From assembly GCF_004010195.1 (NCBI RefSeq), contig NC_057719.1, positions 9,911,791-9,931,790 of the forward strand: a stretch of DNA of 20,000 nt, written 5' to 3'. The stretch is from Chiloscyllium plagiosum. Its lineage: Eukaryota. The notes under the pieces were generated by a model. The model did not search any database. It was not told where the DNA came from and saw only the letters and a program-made list of their open reading frames with translations. The position numbers and the translations under genes are program-made. This document shows positions 19,319 to 20,000 of this stretch, piece by piece. Position 1 is the first letter of the stretch. Each line of letters opens with the position of its first letter.

Positions 19319-20000
19319 GTTTGGAGACATGGTTAGAGCAGGGACAGGAATGGTTGTTGCAGGTTCCAGGATTTAGATGTTTTAGTAAGAACAGAGAAGA
19401 TGGTAAAAGAGGGGGAGGCATGGCATTGTTGGTCAAGGACAGTATTACAGTTGCAGAAAGGATATTTGGGGACTCGTCAATTGAGGTAGTATGGGCTGAA
19501 GTTAGAAACAGGAAAGGAGAGGTCACCCTGTTGGGAGTGTTTTATAGGCCTCCGAATAGTTCCAGAGATCTAGAGGAAAGGATAGCAAAGATGATTGTCG
19601 ATAGAAGTGAGAGAGACAGGGTAGTTGTCATGGGGGACTTCAACTTTCCAAATATTGACTGGAAACACTATAGTACGTGTTTTTGTCCAGTGTGTGCAGG
19701 AGGGCTTCCTGACACAGTATGTAGACCAACAGGGGTGAGGCCACATTAGATTTGGTACTGGGTAATGAGCCCAGCCAGGTGTTAGACTTGGACGTAAGTG
19801 AGCAATTTGGTGATCGCGATCACAATTCTGTTATGTTTACTTTAGTGATAGAAAGGGATAGGTGCATACCACTGGGCAAGAGTTACAGCTGGGGGAAAGG
19901 CAATTACGATGCAATTAGGCAAGATTTAGGAAGCATAGGATGGGGAAGGAAACTGCAGGGGATGGGCACATTAGAACTGTGGAGCTAATTCAAGGAAAAG
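19319..20000 (+). mobile_element. CR1-type LINE ORF2 apurinic-like endonuclease region, disrupted, running off the window
   Basis: ETWL, RGGGMALLVK, YRPPN, VVMGDFNFPNIDW, LDLVLGNEP and DHNSV motifs, with deletion or frameshifts near 19675-19750. Confidence 0.95.

Noticed and set aside
19321..19988. Endonuclease ORFs as a functional nuclease gene
   Set aside because: LINE endonuclease domain lacking its N-terminus and disrupted by deletion or frameshifts.
1..20000. CRISPR array or prokaryotic system
   Set aside because: No regularly spaced direct repeats or operon-like ORFs; the content is vertebrate retroelements.

Overview
Repeat-dense, non-genic (intronic or intergenic) vertebrate DNA. 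The HE1-type V-SINEs and CR1/HER1-type LINEs point to a shark or other cartilaginous fish (inference). No host protein-coding exon can be recognised: the ORF-track entries are retroelement remnants or chance ORFs. The main signal is a set of short (100-475 bp) inverted-repeat insertions from four families (A-D), most with 9-14 bp target-site duplications (TSDs). Their arms carry minimal type I hammerhead ribozyme motifs (stem I - CUGANGA - N - stem II - GAAA - palindromic helix III - NUH - stem I') pointing outward on opposite strands. A fifth, older family (E) carries decayed single motifs. Two insertions retain the C-terminus of a Penelope-type GIY-YIG ORF, which ties them to Penelope-like retroelements (PLEs). 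Other notable structures: a 256-bp inverted repeat with 253/256 identity inside otherwise diverged LINE relics (likely gene conversion), a recent 163/184-bp tandem duplication, several nested insertions with TSDs, a probable truncated LTR, and a possible REST-like site. Repeat boundaries without TSDs are approximate, and family assignments come from motif recognition, not database searches.
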